From contig SVAM01000005.1 of assembly GCA_015059425.1 (NCBI GenBank), positions 13,998 to 77,997 on the forward strand: a DNA stretch of 64,000 nt, written 5' to 3'. Origin of the DNA: Bacillota bacterium. Lineage in GTDB: Bacteria; Bacillota_I; Bacilli_A; RF39; UBA660. Position numbers and translations under genes: made by a program. Below, piece by piece: positions 39,090-48,905 of the stretch; position 1 is the stretch's first letter, and every line of letters begins with the position of its first letter. Below the pieces are notes generated by a model. The model searched no databases, was not told the origin of the DNA, and saw only the letters and a program-made list of their open reading frames with translations.

Positions 39090-39273
39090 AATTTCACCAA
39101 TCTTTCTATTTTAAAGCTATGAGTAATTTTATAAAATATAACTTAAAAGTTAAAAAAGTTAAAAATTTTGTCCTAGAACTTAATAATCTTGGCCTAAATA
39201 ACTGAATTCATAGACTAAATTATTTATGTGTGATAAGAATAAATTAATATTATTTTATTTAAAGGAGGCACAC

Positions 39274-40197
39274 ATGAATAATGAAATAATAATATTTGAA
39301 AATCAGGAAATAAAACTTGAAGTAAATTTAAAAGAAGAAACAGTATGGCTAACTCAAGCTCAAATTGCTTTATTATTTGATAAAAATAGAACTGTAATAT
39401 CCAAACATATAAGAAATATATTTTATGAAGGAGAATTAGAAGAAAAGAGTAATGTGCAAAAAATGCACATTACTAATTCCGATAAGCCAATAACGATTTA
39501 TAATTTAGATGTAATAATTAGTGTAGGCTATCGAGTTAAATCCAAAAGAGGTATTGAATTTCGTAGATGGGCAAATAAAATATTAAAAGATTATTTAATT
39601 AAGGGATATGCAGTTAATGAAAAAAGGTTAAAAAATTTAGAAAAAACTATTAAACTTATAGATATAGCAAGCAGAGACAATCTAGATATAATTGAAGCTA
39701 AAGATATTATTAAAGTATTAAAATCTTATTCTAAAGGATTAAATCTATTAGATAATTATGACCATAAAATTATAAATAAACCTAAAGGAAATATTAGTAA
39801 TGAAAAAATAAAATATAAAAATTGCATAGATATTATAAAAACGTTAAAATTTAATGAAGAAAGTACTATCTTTGGATTAGAAAAAGATAAAGGATTAGAT
39901 AGTATTATAAATAATATATATCTTACTTTTAATGATTTAGATGTATATGAAACAATAGAAGAAAAAGCTGCAAACTTTTTATACTTAATTATTAAAAATC
40001 ATGTATTTATAGATGGTAACAAAAGAATTGGAGCTACACTTTTTATATACTTTTTACAATTCTATAATATTTTATATAAAGATAATAATCCAATAATAGA
40101 CAATAATACATTAGCATCTCTTACTCTTTTAATAGCGCAGTCTAATCCTAAAGAAAAAGAAGTAATGATAGACTTAATAATGAATTTTTTATGCTGA
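39274..40197 (+). CDS. RhuM-family N-terminal domain fused to a Fic/Doc-family domain
   Basis: N-terminus 'IIIFENQEIKLEVNLKEETVWLTQAQIALLF...VISVGYRVKSKRGIEFRRWANKIL' is the RhuM 'virulence protein' fold. The C-terminus carries the Fic/Doc motif 'HVFIDGNKRIGATLF'. Confidence 0.65.
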   Translation: MNNEIIIFENQEIKLEVNLKEETVWLTQAQIALLFDKNRTVISKHIRNIFYEGELEEKSNVQKMHITNSDKPITIYNLDVIISVGYRVKSKRGIEFRRWANKILKDYLIKGYAVNEKRLKNLEKTIKLIDIASRDNLDIIEAKDIIKVLKSYSKGLNLLDNYDHKIINKPKGNISNEKIKYKNCIDIIKTLKFNEESTIFGLEKDKGLDSIINNIYLTFNDLDVYETIEEKAANFLYLIIKNHVFIDGNKRIGATLFIYFLQFYNILYKDNNPIIDNNTLASLTLLIAQSNPKEKEVMIDLIMNFLC

Positions 40198-40200
40198 CTA

Positions 40201-40229
40201 TTGACGTGCATACAAATGTATGCTATTAT
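40201..40229 (+). promoter_or_regulatory. Promoter with an embedded palindromic operator
   Basis: TTGACG (40201..40206), TATTAT (40224..40229) with 17-bp spacing. The spacer contains the perfect inverted repeat 'GCATACA-AA-TGTATGC' (40208..40223). Confidence 0.5.
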
Positions 40230-40258
40230 ATTTATGTATTCTAGAAGGGGGAATTAAA

Positions 40259-41084
40259 TATGAAAAATATAGTAGAATATGAAACAAAAATTTTTGATGC
40301 TATTAAGCATCTAGACAAAAATAACAGGGAGTATTGGTTGGCTAGAGAACTTATGGAAGTGCTCGACTATAAGGAATGGCGTAATTTTTATAATTCTATA
40401 AAGAAAGCGTTAGTGGCATGTTAAATAAGCAAAAATAATGTAAAGGATCATTTTGTTGAAGTCAACAAAATGATAAAATTAGCTAAAGGTGCATAAAGAA
40501 ATGTTAAGGATTATAAGTTATCACGTTATGCATGCTATTTAATTGTTCAAAATGGAGATTCTAGCAAAGAAGTAATTGCATTAGGACAAACTTATTTTGC
40601 GATTCAAACCAGAAAGATGGAATTAACTGAAGAAGAGTATTTAAATTTACCAGAAGATATGAAAAGGTACTATACAAGAAGAGAAGTTAGCATAAAAAAC
40701 AAAAAACTATTTTATGTAGCAAGGGAAGCTGGCGTGAGTAATTTTGGTAAGTTTAATAATCGTGGATATCAAGGATTATATAATGGTGAAACTGCGGAAG
40801 ACATTGCTAAAAGAAAGGGTTTAGACGAAAATGAAGAAATTCTTGATTGGATGGGTAATCAAGAGTTAGGGGCAAATCTTTTCAGAATTACTCAAACCGA
40901 AGGATTTATCGAAAAAAATAAAATTAAAGGTGAGGAAAATGCCTGTGAAACGCATTATAGAGTTGGTAGAGCAGTTAGAAATACTATTAAAGAATTAGGT
41001 GGAACAATGCCTGAAGAATTACCAACTCCTGAAAAATCTACAAAAGAAATAGAAGATGAGATATTTAAAAAATTAAGAAGCTAG
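40259..41084 (+). pseudogene. dinD: DNA-damage-inducible protein D (DinD / Bro-N type) disrupted by a stop and a frameshift
   Basis: N-terminus 'MKNIVEYETKIFDAIKHLDKNNREYWLARELMEVLDYKEWRNFYNSIKKALVAC' ends at a TAA near 40422. The homologous sequence '...[35 protein letters not shown]...' resumes in another frame and merges into ORF 40617..41084. Confidence 0.55.
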
Positions 41085-41135
41085 CTATTTTAGTTATTTT
41101 TTGTTATAATATTTTATATTGAGGAGGCTTTTGGT

Positions 41136-41786
41136 ATGTTTAATATATTAAAAATGGATTTAGAAAATAATGATTATGATAATCATATATATTTTGGATT
41201 AACTTTAGAAGAATTAAAGGAAATAAATACTTTATTAAAAAATGATTATGGTTTTATAGATTTAGTTTTAGATTTTAGTGATATTAATAGACTTTATTCT
41301 TTAATAGAATCTATACCTGATCATTTAGATAATGAGCGCATTAAAGGTATAATTTATGAACAATATATTTGCTATAAATTATTAGAACAAATATCAATTC
41401 CAAGATATTTAAAAATTTTTAAATATAAAGATATTGAGGATGTTAAAAAGATTATATTTAGTAATAATTTTGAACAATTTGCTAATATGAAATTTTTAAA
41501 CTTTGGAATTCTTGAAAGAGATATTGCAGAAGATGTTAAAGAAGAAAATAAAAGAGCAAGGCTACATATATTTTTTGATAAAGTAAATGATAAAGTTTTA
41601 CAAAGATTTATTAATACTATGATTGGTAGTAGAATGTCCATTGCGGTAATGGGCTATTCATCTAAAGAAGAATTAATAACATATAATACAGAAATGAATC
41701 AAGTTATAGAAAATCCACATGATTATTGTGCATATCATAAAGAAGAATTCTATGCAAGGCTAAGAAAAAAATATAATTTAGAATAG
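41136..41786 (+). CDS. Hypothetical protein (216 aa)
   Basis: ORF after the RBS 'gaggagg'. No motif recognised. Confidence 0.45.
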   Translation: MFNILKMDLENNDYDNHIYFGLTLEELKEINTLLKNDYGFIDLVLDFSDINRLYSLIESIPDHLDNERIKGIIYEQYICYKLLEQISIPRYLKIFKYKDIEDVKKIIFSNNFEQFANMKFLNFGILERDIAEDVKEENKRARLHIFFDKVNDKVLQRFINTMIGSRMSIAVMGYSSKEELITYNTEMNQVIENPHDYCAYHKEEFYARLRKKYNLE

Positions 41787-41794
41787 GTGATTGT

Positions 41795-43027
41795 ATGAAT
41801 ATATTAGATAGATTTTTAAAATATGTTAGTATACCAACTTTTTCAGATTCAAAAAGTGAATTAAACCCTAGTACGAAAGAACAATTTGATTTAGCAAAAG
41901 TTCTAGTTGAAGAATTAAAAGAATTGGGTTTAGAAGTTTGTTTTGATGAAGAACATTGTTATGTTTATGCATGTTTAAAAGGAAATATAGATACTGCCCC
42001 TAAATTAGGATTTATTGCGCATATGGATACATCTGAAGATGCTAAGGGTAATTTAATAAAACCACAAATAATTAATAACTATGATGGAAATGATATTATT
42101 GTTGGTTGTAAAGTAATTGAAGTTAAAAATAATCCTGATTTAAAGAAGCATATTGGCAAAACAATAATAACAAGTGATGGCCATACTTTGCTAGGTGCAG
42201 ATGATAAAGCTGGTATTGCAGAAATTATGATGATGTTAGAACATTTTGTTATTTCTAACGAATCTCATGGAGATATTTATATTGCTTTTACACCTGATGA
42301 AGAAATAGGTAAAGGAACTAAATTTTTTGATTTTTCAAAATTTGAAGCGGATTTTGCTTATACTGTAGATGGAAAAGATTTAGGAGAAATAACATATGAA
42401 AATTTTAATGCTGCAACAGTAGATATTAATATTAATGGTGTTACATGTCATTATGGCTATGCTAAAGATAAGATGGTTAATTCAATGTTAATTGCTAATA
42501 AAATAATTAATTTGATTCCTAAGGAAACACCAGCGAATACCGAAAAGTATGAAGGCTATTACCATTTAGAAGAAATAAATGGTAGTGTTACTAATACTAC
42601 TTTAAAATATTTAATAAGAGATTTTGATCGTGATAGTTTTGAAATGAGAAAGAATAAGTTTAAATCTATTATTGAAGTTTTTAATGCTGCTTATGGTAAT
42701 TGCATAAGTTTAAAAATAACTGATTCATATTATAATATGAGAGACGTTATTGATGATAATAAACATTTAATTGTAAAGGCTATAAAAGTAATGCTTAAAA
42801 ATAGAGTAGAAAGTATAAGTGATCCTATAAGAGGAGGAACAGACGGGGCAGAATTAGCTTTTAAAGGTCTTGCTTGTCCTAATCTAGGAACAGGAGGCCA
42901 TAATTTTCATACCGTATATGAATATATTGCGTTAGAAGATATGGAAAAGGTAGCGGATATATTAGTAGACATAGTTGAAGAATATGCTAAAGTTAAAGAA
43001 ATTACTAAGTTAGTTAGAAAAAAGTAG
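41795..43027 (+). CDS. pepT: Peptidase T (tripeptide aminopeptidase, M20B)
   Basis: 'LDRFLKYVSIPTFSDS', 'HMDTSED', 'GADDKAGIAEI' and 'TPDEEIG' are M20 metal-binding blocks. Confidence 0.85.
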   Translation: MNILDRFLKYVSIPTFSDSKSELNPSTKEQFDLAKVLVEELKELGLEVCFDEEHCYVYACLKGNIDTAPKLGFIAHMDTSEDAKGNLIKPQIINNYDGNDIIVGCKVIEVKNNPDLKKHIGKTIITSDGHTLLGADDKAGIAEIMMMLEHFVISNESHGDIYIAFTPDEEIGKGTKFFDFSKFEADFAYTVDGKDLGEITYENFNAATVDININGVTCHYGYAKDKMVNSMLIANKIINLIPKETPANTEKYEGYYHLEEINGSVTNTTLKYLIRDFDRDSFEMRKNKFKSIIEVFNAAYGNCISLKITDSYYNMRDVIDDNKHLIVKAIKVMLKNRVESISDPIRGGTDGAELAFKGLACPNLGTGGHNFHTVYEYIALEDMEKVADILVDIVEEYAKVKEITKLVRKK

Positions 43028-43087
43028 TTTCTTTTCTTTACTAAAATTTTATTGTTTGTTATAATATTTTTTAGAGGATGTGGAGTT

Positions 43088-43633
43088 ATGAAGAAGTTTT
43101 TATTTAGTGTATTATTAATTTTAACAATGGTTATGATGCCTACAAATGTAGATGCTAAAAACAAAGTAACTGTTTATATTTTTAGAGGTAGTACTTGTGG
43201 TCATTGTGAAGAAGCTATTACTTATTTAAATGAACATAAAGATGCTATTAATGAAAACATTGAAATAGTAACATATGAAGTATTTGATAATGAAAATAAT
43301 TATAAATTACAAAAAGCTGTTTCAGAGAAATTGAAATTAACAGAAAAACAAATGGGAAGTGTTCCTTTAATAGTAATAAGTGATGAATACATTTTAGGTT
43401 TTGGAAGTGGGACTTATAATCAAATAATGTCTAAAGCAGAATCTTATATTGAAGATGAAGAATATGAAGATATTGTAAAAGAAGAAGCTAAAGAGTTGAA
43501 TTTGAAATTTGATAGTAAGACATTAGATGAGTTATTCCCAGAACCAAATAAAGTCGTAACTATTGTGGTATATTCAATTTTTGGTGCAATTGTATTAGGT
43601 TTTGCTGCGATGATAATATTTTCTAGAAAGTAA
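43088..43633 (+). CDS. Thioredoxin-fold protein with signal peptide and C-terminal TM anchor
   Basis: 'VYIFRGSTCGHCEEA' is a CxxC active site. C-terminal hydrophobic segment. Confidence 0.5.
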   Translation: MKKFLFSVLLILTMVMMPTNVDAKNKVTVYIFRGSTCGHCEEAITYLNEHKDAINENIEIVTYEVFDNENNYKLQKAVSEKLKLTEKQMGSVPLIVISDEYILGFGSGTYNQIMSKAESYIEDEEYEDIVKEEAKELNLKFDSKTLDELFPEPNKVVTIVVYSIFGAIVLGFAAMIIFSRK

Positions 43634-43658
43634 CTACTTTAAATAGTAGTTTTTTTTT
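43633..43658 (+). terminator. Rho-independent terminator
   Basis: 'actact-ttaaat-agtagt' followed by T8. Confidence 0.55.
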
Positions 43659-43694
43659 GATATAATATATTATACGGAAGAAAGGAGAGATATA

Positions 43695-44135
43695 ATGAAA
43701 GTTATAATGCTTGAAGATGTCCGTAAAGTTGGAAAAAAAGACGAAATAATTGAAGTAAGTGATGGGTATGCAAATAATTACTTAATTAAAAATAAGTTAG
43801 CAGTCCCATATACTAAAAGAAGTAAAGAAGTACTTGACATACAAATTGATAAAAAAGAACAAGAAGAAGAAAGTAGAGTTCAAAATTTTAATGATATAAA
43901 AAGTAAATTAGAAAACAAAACTATAACATTTAAAGTTAAAACTGGAGCAGGGGATAAAGTATTTGGTAAAGTGTCTACTAAACAAATATCCGAAGAAATT
44001 AAAAAAATGGGTTACAGTGTTGATAAAAAATGTATAAAATTAGATAATGATTTAGATGTGTTGGGAACGCATATTGTATTAATAGAATTGCATAAAAGGG
44101 TTAAATTTAAAATTAATATACAGTTAAGTAAGTAG
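43695..44135 (+). CDS. rplI: 50S ribosomal protein L9
   Basis: 'MKVIMLEDVRKVGKKDEIIEVSDGYANNYLI' is the L9 N-domain. Confidence 0.9.
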   Translation: MKVIMLEDVRKVGKKDEIIEVSDGYANNYLIKNKLAVPYTKRSKEVLDIQIDKKEQEEESRVQNFNDIKSKLENKTITFKVKTGAGDKVFGKVSTKQISEEIKKMGYSVDKKCIKLDNDLDVLGTHIVLIELHKRVKFKINIQLSK

Positions 44136-44143
44136 GTGAAATT

Positions 44144-45484
44144 ATGGCAGTAAGAGCACTACCAAATGATTTAGAAGCGGAAATGAGTGTTTTAGGCGTT
44201 GCATTTTTAGATAAATTTGCTTTAGAAAAAATAAGCGATCAAGTTACAGAAGACATGTTTTTCAATGATAAAAACAGAATTATTTTTAATGCTATAGTAA
44301 ATTTATACAAAAATGGTAATCCTGTAGATTTAACTACTGTTAAAGCAGAACTTGATAAAAAGAAATCATTAAATGAAATAGGTGGTATAACTTATTTAAT
44401 GGAAGTTATCGACTCTGTTGTTACTGCAGCTAACTTAGATTACTATATAAAAATATTAAAAGAACATGCTGTAAGAAGAAATTTAATTAATACAGCAACA
44501 GATATAGTTACTAATGCTTATAATGATGAAAATATAAACGGTTTACTTGATGAAGCAGAGAGAAATATATTAAATGTAGTTAGGGTAAGACAAACATCAG
44601 AATTTGTACCAATTCATGAAATATTAAGACGTGCTCAAGAAAGATTAGAAGAGTTATCTAAAAATAAAAGTGATATAACAGGTATTAGAACAGGTTTTTA
44701 TGACTTAGATAAAGCAACTGCTGGTTTACATGGTGGAGAACTTATTATTCTAGCGGCTCGTCCCGGTATGGGAAAAACTGCCTTTGCTCTTAACATTGCT
44801 ACTAATGCTGCGTTCTCAACAGATAAAGCAGTAGCTATATTTAACCTAGAAATGAGTGCCGAAATGTTAGTTAATCGTATGATTGCAAGTGTTGGAGGTA
44901 TTGATTCTTATAAACTTAATACTGGTAAATTAGAGCATAATGATTGGAAAAGATATAATGAAGCAATGAGTAAACTTGGTAGTACAAATATCTTTATTGA
45001 AGATAATGCTAGTATTACAGCACCAGAAATAAAAGCAAAATGTAGAAGATTAGCTAGCGCCCCTCATGGTTTAGGTTTAGTTATTATTGACTACTTGCAG
45101 TTAGTTACTACCGGTTCTAATAGAATTGAATCTCGTCAAGTTGAAGTATCAGAGATATCTCGTAGCCTAAAAACTATGGCATTAGAATTAGATGTTCCAG
45201 TTATAGCTTTAGCCCAACTTTCTCGTAGTGTTGATAAAAGAGAAAATAAAGAACCCGCTTTAGTAGATTTAAGAGAATCAGGTTCATTAGAACAAGATGC
45301 CGACTTAGTATTATTTTTAAATCGTAAAGATTATTATGAAGCTAAAACAGAAAAAAGAGAAACCGTTGTACCAATCGACGTAATTATTGCAAAACATCGT
45401 AAAGGTTCAACTGGATTATATAGATTATTATTTGAACTTAATATGAGTAATTTTAAAAATTATATAAATACAGAAGAAATGTAA
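44144..45484 (+). CDS. dnaB: Replicative DNA helicase DnaB (DnaC in Bacillus nomenclature)
   Basis: Walker A 'ARPGMGKTAFAL'. 'IIDYLQLV'. 'SRQVEVSEISRSLK'. Placed after rplI as in Firmicutes. Confidence 0.9.
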   Translation: MAVRALPNDLEAEMSVLGVAFLDKFALEKISDQVTEDMFFNDKNRIIFNAIVNLYKNGNPVDLTTVKAELDKKKSLNEIGGITYLMEVIDSVVTAANLDYYIKILKEHAVRRNLINTATDIVTNAYNDENINGLLDEAERNILNVVRVRQTSEFVPIHEILRRAQERLEELSKNKSDITGIRTGFYDLDKATAGLHGGELIILAARPGMGKTAFALNIATNAAFSTDKAVAIFNLEMSAEMLVNRMIASVGGIDSYKLNTGKLEHNDWKRYNEAMSKLGSTNIFIEDNASITAPEIKAKCRRLASAPHGLGLVIIDYLQLVTTGSNRIESRQVEVSEISRSLKTMALELDVPVIALAQLSRSVDKRENKEPALVDLRESGSLEQDADLVLFLNRKDYYEAKTEKRETVVPIDVIIAKHRKGSTGLYRLLFELNMSNFKNYINTEEM

Positions 45485-45495
45485 AAGGAGAAGTT

Positions 45496-47001
45496 ATGAA
45501 TACTAAAAGTATTATTGTTACTATTTTAATAACATTAATCGCAGGGATTTTGGTAATTATTTCAAATATAAAAGATAAATTGTACGAAAGTATAAGTACA
45601 TATTATAAAGTATATTTAAATGGTAAAAATATAGGTATAATTGATAGTGAAGATAAATTATATAAATTAATTGACAATAATCAAAGTGAAATTAAAGAAA
45701 AGTATAATGTTGATACAGTTTATCCGCCGACTAATTTAAAAATACTCAAAACAAATACTTATATGGATGAATTAGACACTGTAGAAGAAGTTTATAATAA
45801 AATAGAAGAAGACGAAAATTTTGCTATAAAAGGATATGTTGTAAAAATTACTAAGAATGATGGAACAGAGTTTAATATAAATATTTTAGATAAGGAAGTA
45901 TTATATAATTCTGCAAGAAGATTTGTTAAAGCATTTTTAAACGAAGATGAATATGAAGAATATATTAATAACGAACAAGAAGAAATAGTAGAAACAGGTA
46001 GATTTATAGAAAATATGAAATTTGCTGAAAATATATCTATTAAAGAAGATTATATTGATGTAAATGAAACTATTTATACTAATGATCTAGAACTTACACA
46101 TTTTTTATTGTTTGGAAATAAGCCTGAGTCAAAAACATATAAAGTAAAACTTGGTGATACAATTGAATCAATTTCCGAAGCAAATAAGCTAAACGTAGAA
46201 GAATTTTTAATTGCTAATACAAACTATAAGTCACAAGATACCTTACTTAGAGTTGGCGATAAAGTAAATGTTACTTTAATTGATCCGCAAATAACATTTG
46301 TATATGACTTATATGAAGTAGAAGATGAAATAGTATATTTTGAAAAAGAAAGTGTTACTGATAATACTAAAGCTTATGGATATTCAGAAATAACTACTCC
46401 AGGACAAAATGGTATTAATAGACAAAAAGTATCATATTCAGTAACAAATGGAGAACGTTCTCAAACTGCAGAAGTTACACATATTGCTACAATTAGAGAA
46501 GTAGTTAATCAAGTTACAACTAAGGGACCAAGATATCCAGGTACAAGTGGTACGATAGATCCAGTTAATATTACAGGAGACTGGGGTTGGACAACAAATA
46601 AAGGATATGTTATCACAAGTTATTGGGGATGGCGTTGGGGTAAAATGCATAATGGTATTGATATTTCTGGTGCAGGTAATTTAGGTTCACCTATTTATGC
46701 AGCTGGAGATGGAGTAGTTACATACGTTTATGCAGGCTGTCCAAGTAGTGGTAACGGTTATGGAGATCCGTGTGGTGGTGGAATGGGTAATATGATTACC
46801 ATAAAACATGAAAATGGATATTATACTAAATATGGTCATATGCATCAAAAAATAGAAGTTAGTGTTGGGGATAGTGTTAAGAAAGGGCAAAGAATTGGAT
46901 CTATGGGTAATAGTGGTTCTTCAACAGGACCTCATATTCACTTTGCGGTATCAAAAGATACTGAATATAATTACTTTAATCCAATGAGTTTATATAAATA
47001 A
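45496..47001 (+). CDS. Membrane-anchored LysM domain / M23 family metallopeptidase
   Basis: N-terminal TM segment. LysM 'YKVKLGDTIESISEANKLNVEEFLIANT'. M23 'HNGIDISGAGNLGSPIYAAGDGVV' and 'GHMHQ'. Confidence 0.75.
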   Translation: MNTKSIIVTILITLIAGILVIISNIKDKLYESISTYYKVYLNGKNIGIIDSEDKLYKLIDNNQSEIKEKYNVDTVYPPTNLKILKTNTYMDELDTVEEVYNKIEEDENFAIKGYVVKITKNDGTEFNINILDKEVLYNSARRFVKAFLNEDEYEEYINNEQEEIVETGRFIENMKFAENISIKEDYIDVNETIYTNDLELTHFLLFGNKPESKTYKVKLGDTIESISEANKLNVEEFLIANTNYKSQDTLLRVGDKVNVTLIDPQITFVYDLYEVEDEIVYFEKESVTDNTKAYGYSEITTPGQNGINRQKVSYSVTNGERSQTAEVTHIATIREVVNQVTTKGPRYPGTSGTIDPVNITGDWGWTTNKGYVITSYWGWRWGKMHNGIDISGAGNLGSPIYAAGDGVVTYVYAGCPSSGNGYGDPCGGGMGNMITIKHENGYYTKYGHMHQKIEVSVGDSVKKGQRIGSMGNSGSSTGPHIHFAVSKDTEYNYFNPMSLYK

Positions 47002-47765
47002 TGAAAGTATGTATCTTAGCAAGTGGCTCAGGGGGAAATTCCACTTATATTGAAACAGATAATCATAAAATATTAATAGATATTGGTAAAAACAGGAAAT
47101 ATATAGTTGATAAATTAGCCAGTATTGGAGTTGATGCTAAAGATATTGATTATATATTTATAAGCCATTTACATGATGACCACATCTCGGCATTAAAGAT
47201 GTTTATAAAAAAATATAACCCAACAATTGTAATATCAAATCCAATGCTTAGGGAACTAGATAGCATTCATGATTATCCTCATTTATTAATATATGAAGAT
47301 GAAGTAATACTTGAAAGTTTAAAAGTAACATGTATTCATTCTAGTCATGATTCAACTGATTCTCGAAATTTTATATTTGAAGAAAAAAATCATTCTGTAG
47401 TTTATGTAACAGATACTGGTTATGTAAATTATAAGAATTTTAAATATTTAAAGAATAAAGAAATATATTTATTTGAAAGTAATCATGATGTAGAAAAACT
47501 ACAACATGGTCCATATCCAGACTGGTTAAAGATGAGAGTTTTATCGGATTATGGGCATTTATCCAATAATTTATGTAGTGTTTACTTATCAAAGCTAATT
47601 GGTGAAAATACTAAAAAAATATATTTAATGCACTTGTCAGAAAAAAATAATACCGAAGAATTAGCATTAAATGAAATAAATAGTGTATTTAAAAAATATG
47701 ATATACAATTTAATGATATAAAATGTGCAAAACCAGATGAAATAAGTGAAGTGATAATGTTGTGA
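47001..47765 (+). CDS. MBL-fold metallo-hydrolase (YycJ/WalJ-like)
   Basis: 'FISHLHDDHI' is a metallo-beta-lactamase His motif. Immediately upstream of rlmH, as for yycJ. Confidence 0.65.
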   Translation: MKVCILASGSGGNSTYIETDNHKILIDIGKNRKYIVDKLASIGVDAKDIDYIFISHLHDDHISALKMFIKKYNPTIVISNPMLRELDSIHDYPHLLIYEDEVILESLKVTCIHSSHDSTDSRNFIFEEKNHSVVYVTDTGYVNYKNFKYLKNKEIYLFESNHDVEKLQHGPYPDWLKMRVLSDYGHLSNNLCSVYLSKLIGENTKKIYLMHLSEKNNTEELALNEINSVFKKYDIQFNDIKCAKPDEISEVIML

Positions 47766-48199
47766 TAAAAATAATATGTTTAGGAAAATTAAAAGAAAAA
47801 TATTTAATAGATTTAGTAGATGATTATTTAAAAAGGATTTCTAAATATCATAAAATAGAGTTAATAGAACTTAAAGATGAAGATAATTTAGAAAGTGAAG
47901 CGTTAAATATTAAAAAACATATAGGTAGTAATGATTATGTTATTACTTTAGAAATAGAAGGAAAGACTTATACTAGTGAAGAATTAGCAAATATAATAGA
48001 TAAAACATTTATAAATTATAGTACAATAACTTTTATTATTGGTTCTTCAACTGGTATAGATGACAGTATCAAAAGAATTAGCCATTTAAGTTTATCATTC
48101 TCTAAATTAACATTTCCACATGGATTATTTAGAGGAATTTTATTAGAGCAAATATATCGTTCTTTTAAAATAAATAACAACGAATCATATCATAAATAG
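47762..48199 (+). CDS. rlmH: 23S rRNA (pseudouridine1915-N3)-methyltransferase RlmH
   Basis: 'MIKIICLGKLKEKYL...' SPOUT fold with 'LEIEGK' and 'FIIGSSTG'. Confidence 0.8.
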   Translation: MIKIICLGKLKEKYLIDLVDDYLKRISKYHKIELIELKDEDNLESEALNIKKHIGSNDYVITLEIEGKTYTSEELANIIDKTFINYSTITFIIGSSTGIDDSIKRISHLSLSFSKLTFPHGLFRGILLEQIYRSFKINNNESYHK

Positions 48200-48209
48200 G
48201 GAGGTTATT

Positions 48210-48896
48210 ATGGGTTTGTTTAAAAAAAGTAATAATAAAACAAATGATAAATTATCACTAGCAGAGTTATATATTGGACAATTAGGAGTTGTAAAGAGCT
48301 CAAGTAAAGAAGGTATGGTTGATTGGATTGGCTTAAAAAATTCTTTTATAGCTTTTACAAAGCATCAAGCGGATTCAGAACATAATTTTAACGATTATGG
48401 ATTAGATATTTTTTCGGGTACTGGATATAACTTTTTTAAGAACTTTTATGGTGGATACATAAATGGAAATATTTATGTATATAATTGTAGACCTTTATCA
48501 ATTTTTGCTAGTGAAGATGAAATAAAAAATGGTATTATATCCAAAGAACGAGTTTTGGATATTTTATCTAATATTAATATTTACAAAGATAATGAGAATA
48601 AATACAATGGCGATGAAATTATAAATTTAATTTTAGATGCAATTGAAAAAATAAAAATATCTAATATTATGTATGAAAATAAAGATATATATTTAGCTTC
48701 TTTAACAGAATTAGCAACATATTATGTAAGTAAATTAATTGAAATAAAATCAAAAGATTATAGTTTAGAATCAACTAGTAATTCATTAATTAAAGAATTA
48801 AAACAGGAAGTTATTAATAAATTAAATACTATTAATAATATGGATAATGGCTTAAATAATAGCAACAGTTTTTCTAGAACTTTAGAAAAAAAGTAG
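48210..48896 (+). CDS. Hypothetical protein (228 aa)
   Basis: ORF after the RBS 'agggagg'. No motif recognised. Confidence 0.45.
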   Translation: MGLFKKSNNKTNDKLSLAELYIGQLGVVKSSSKEGMVDWIGLKNSFIAFTKHQADSEHNFNDYGLDIFSGTGYNFFKNFYGGYINGNIYVYNCRPLSIFASEDEIKNGIISKERVLDILSNINIYKDNENKYNGDEIINLILDAIEKIKISNIMYENKDIYLASLTELATYYVSKLIEIKSKDYSLESTSNSLIKELKQEVINKLNTINNMDNGLNNSNSFSRTLEKK

Positions 48897-48905
48897 GAGT
48901 AATAT

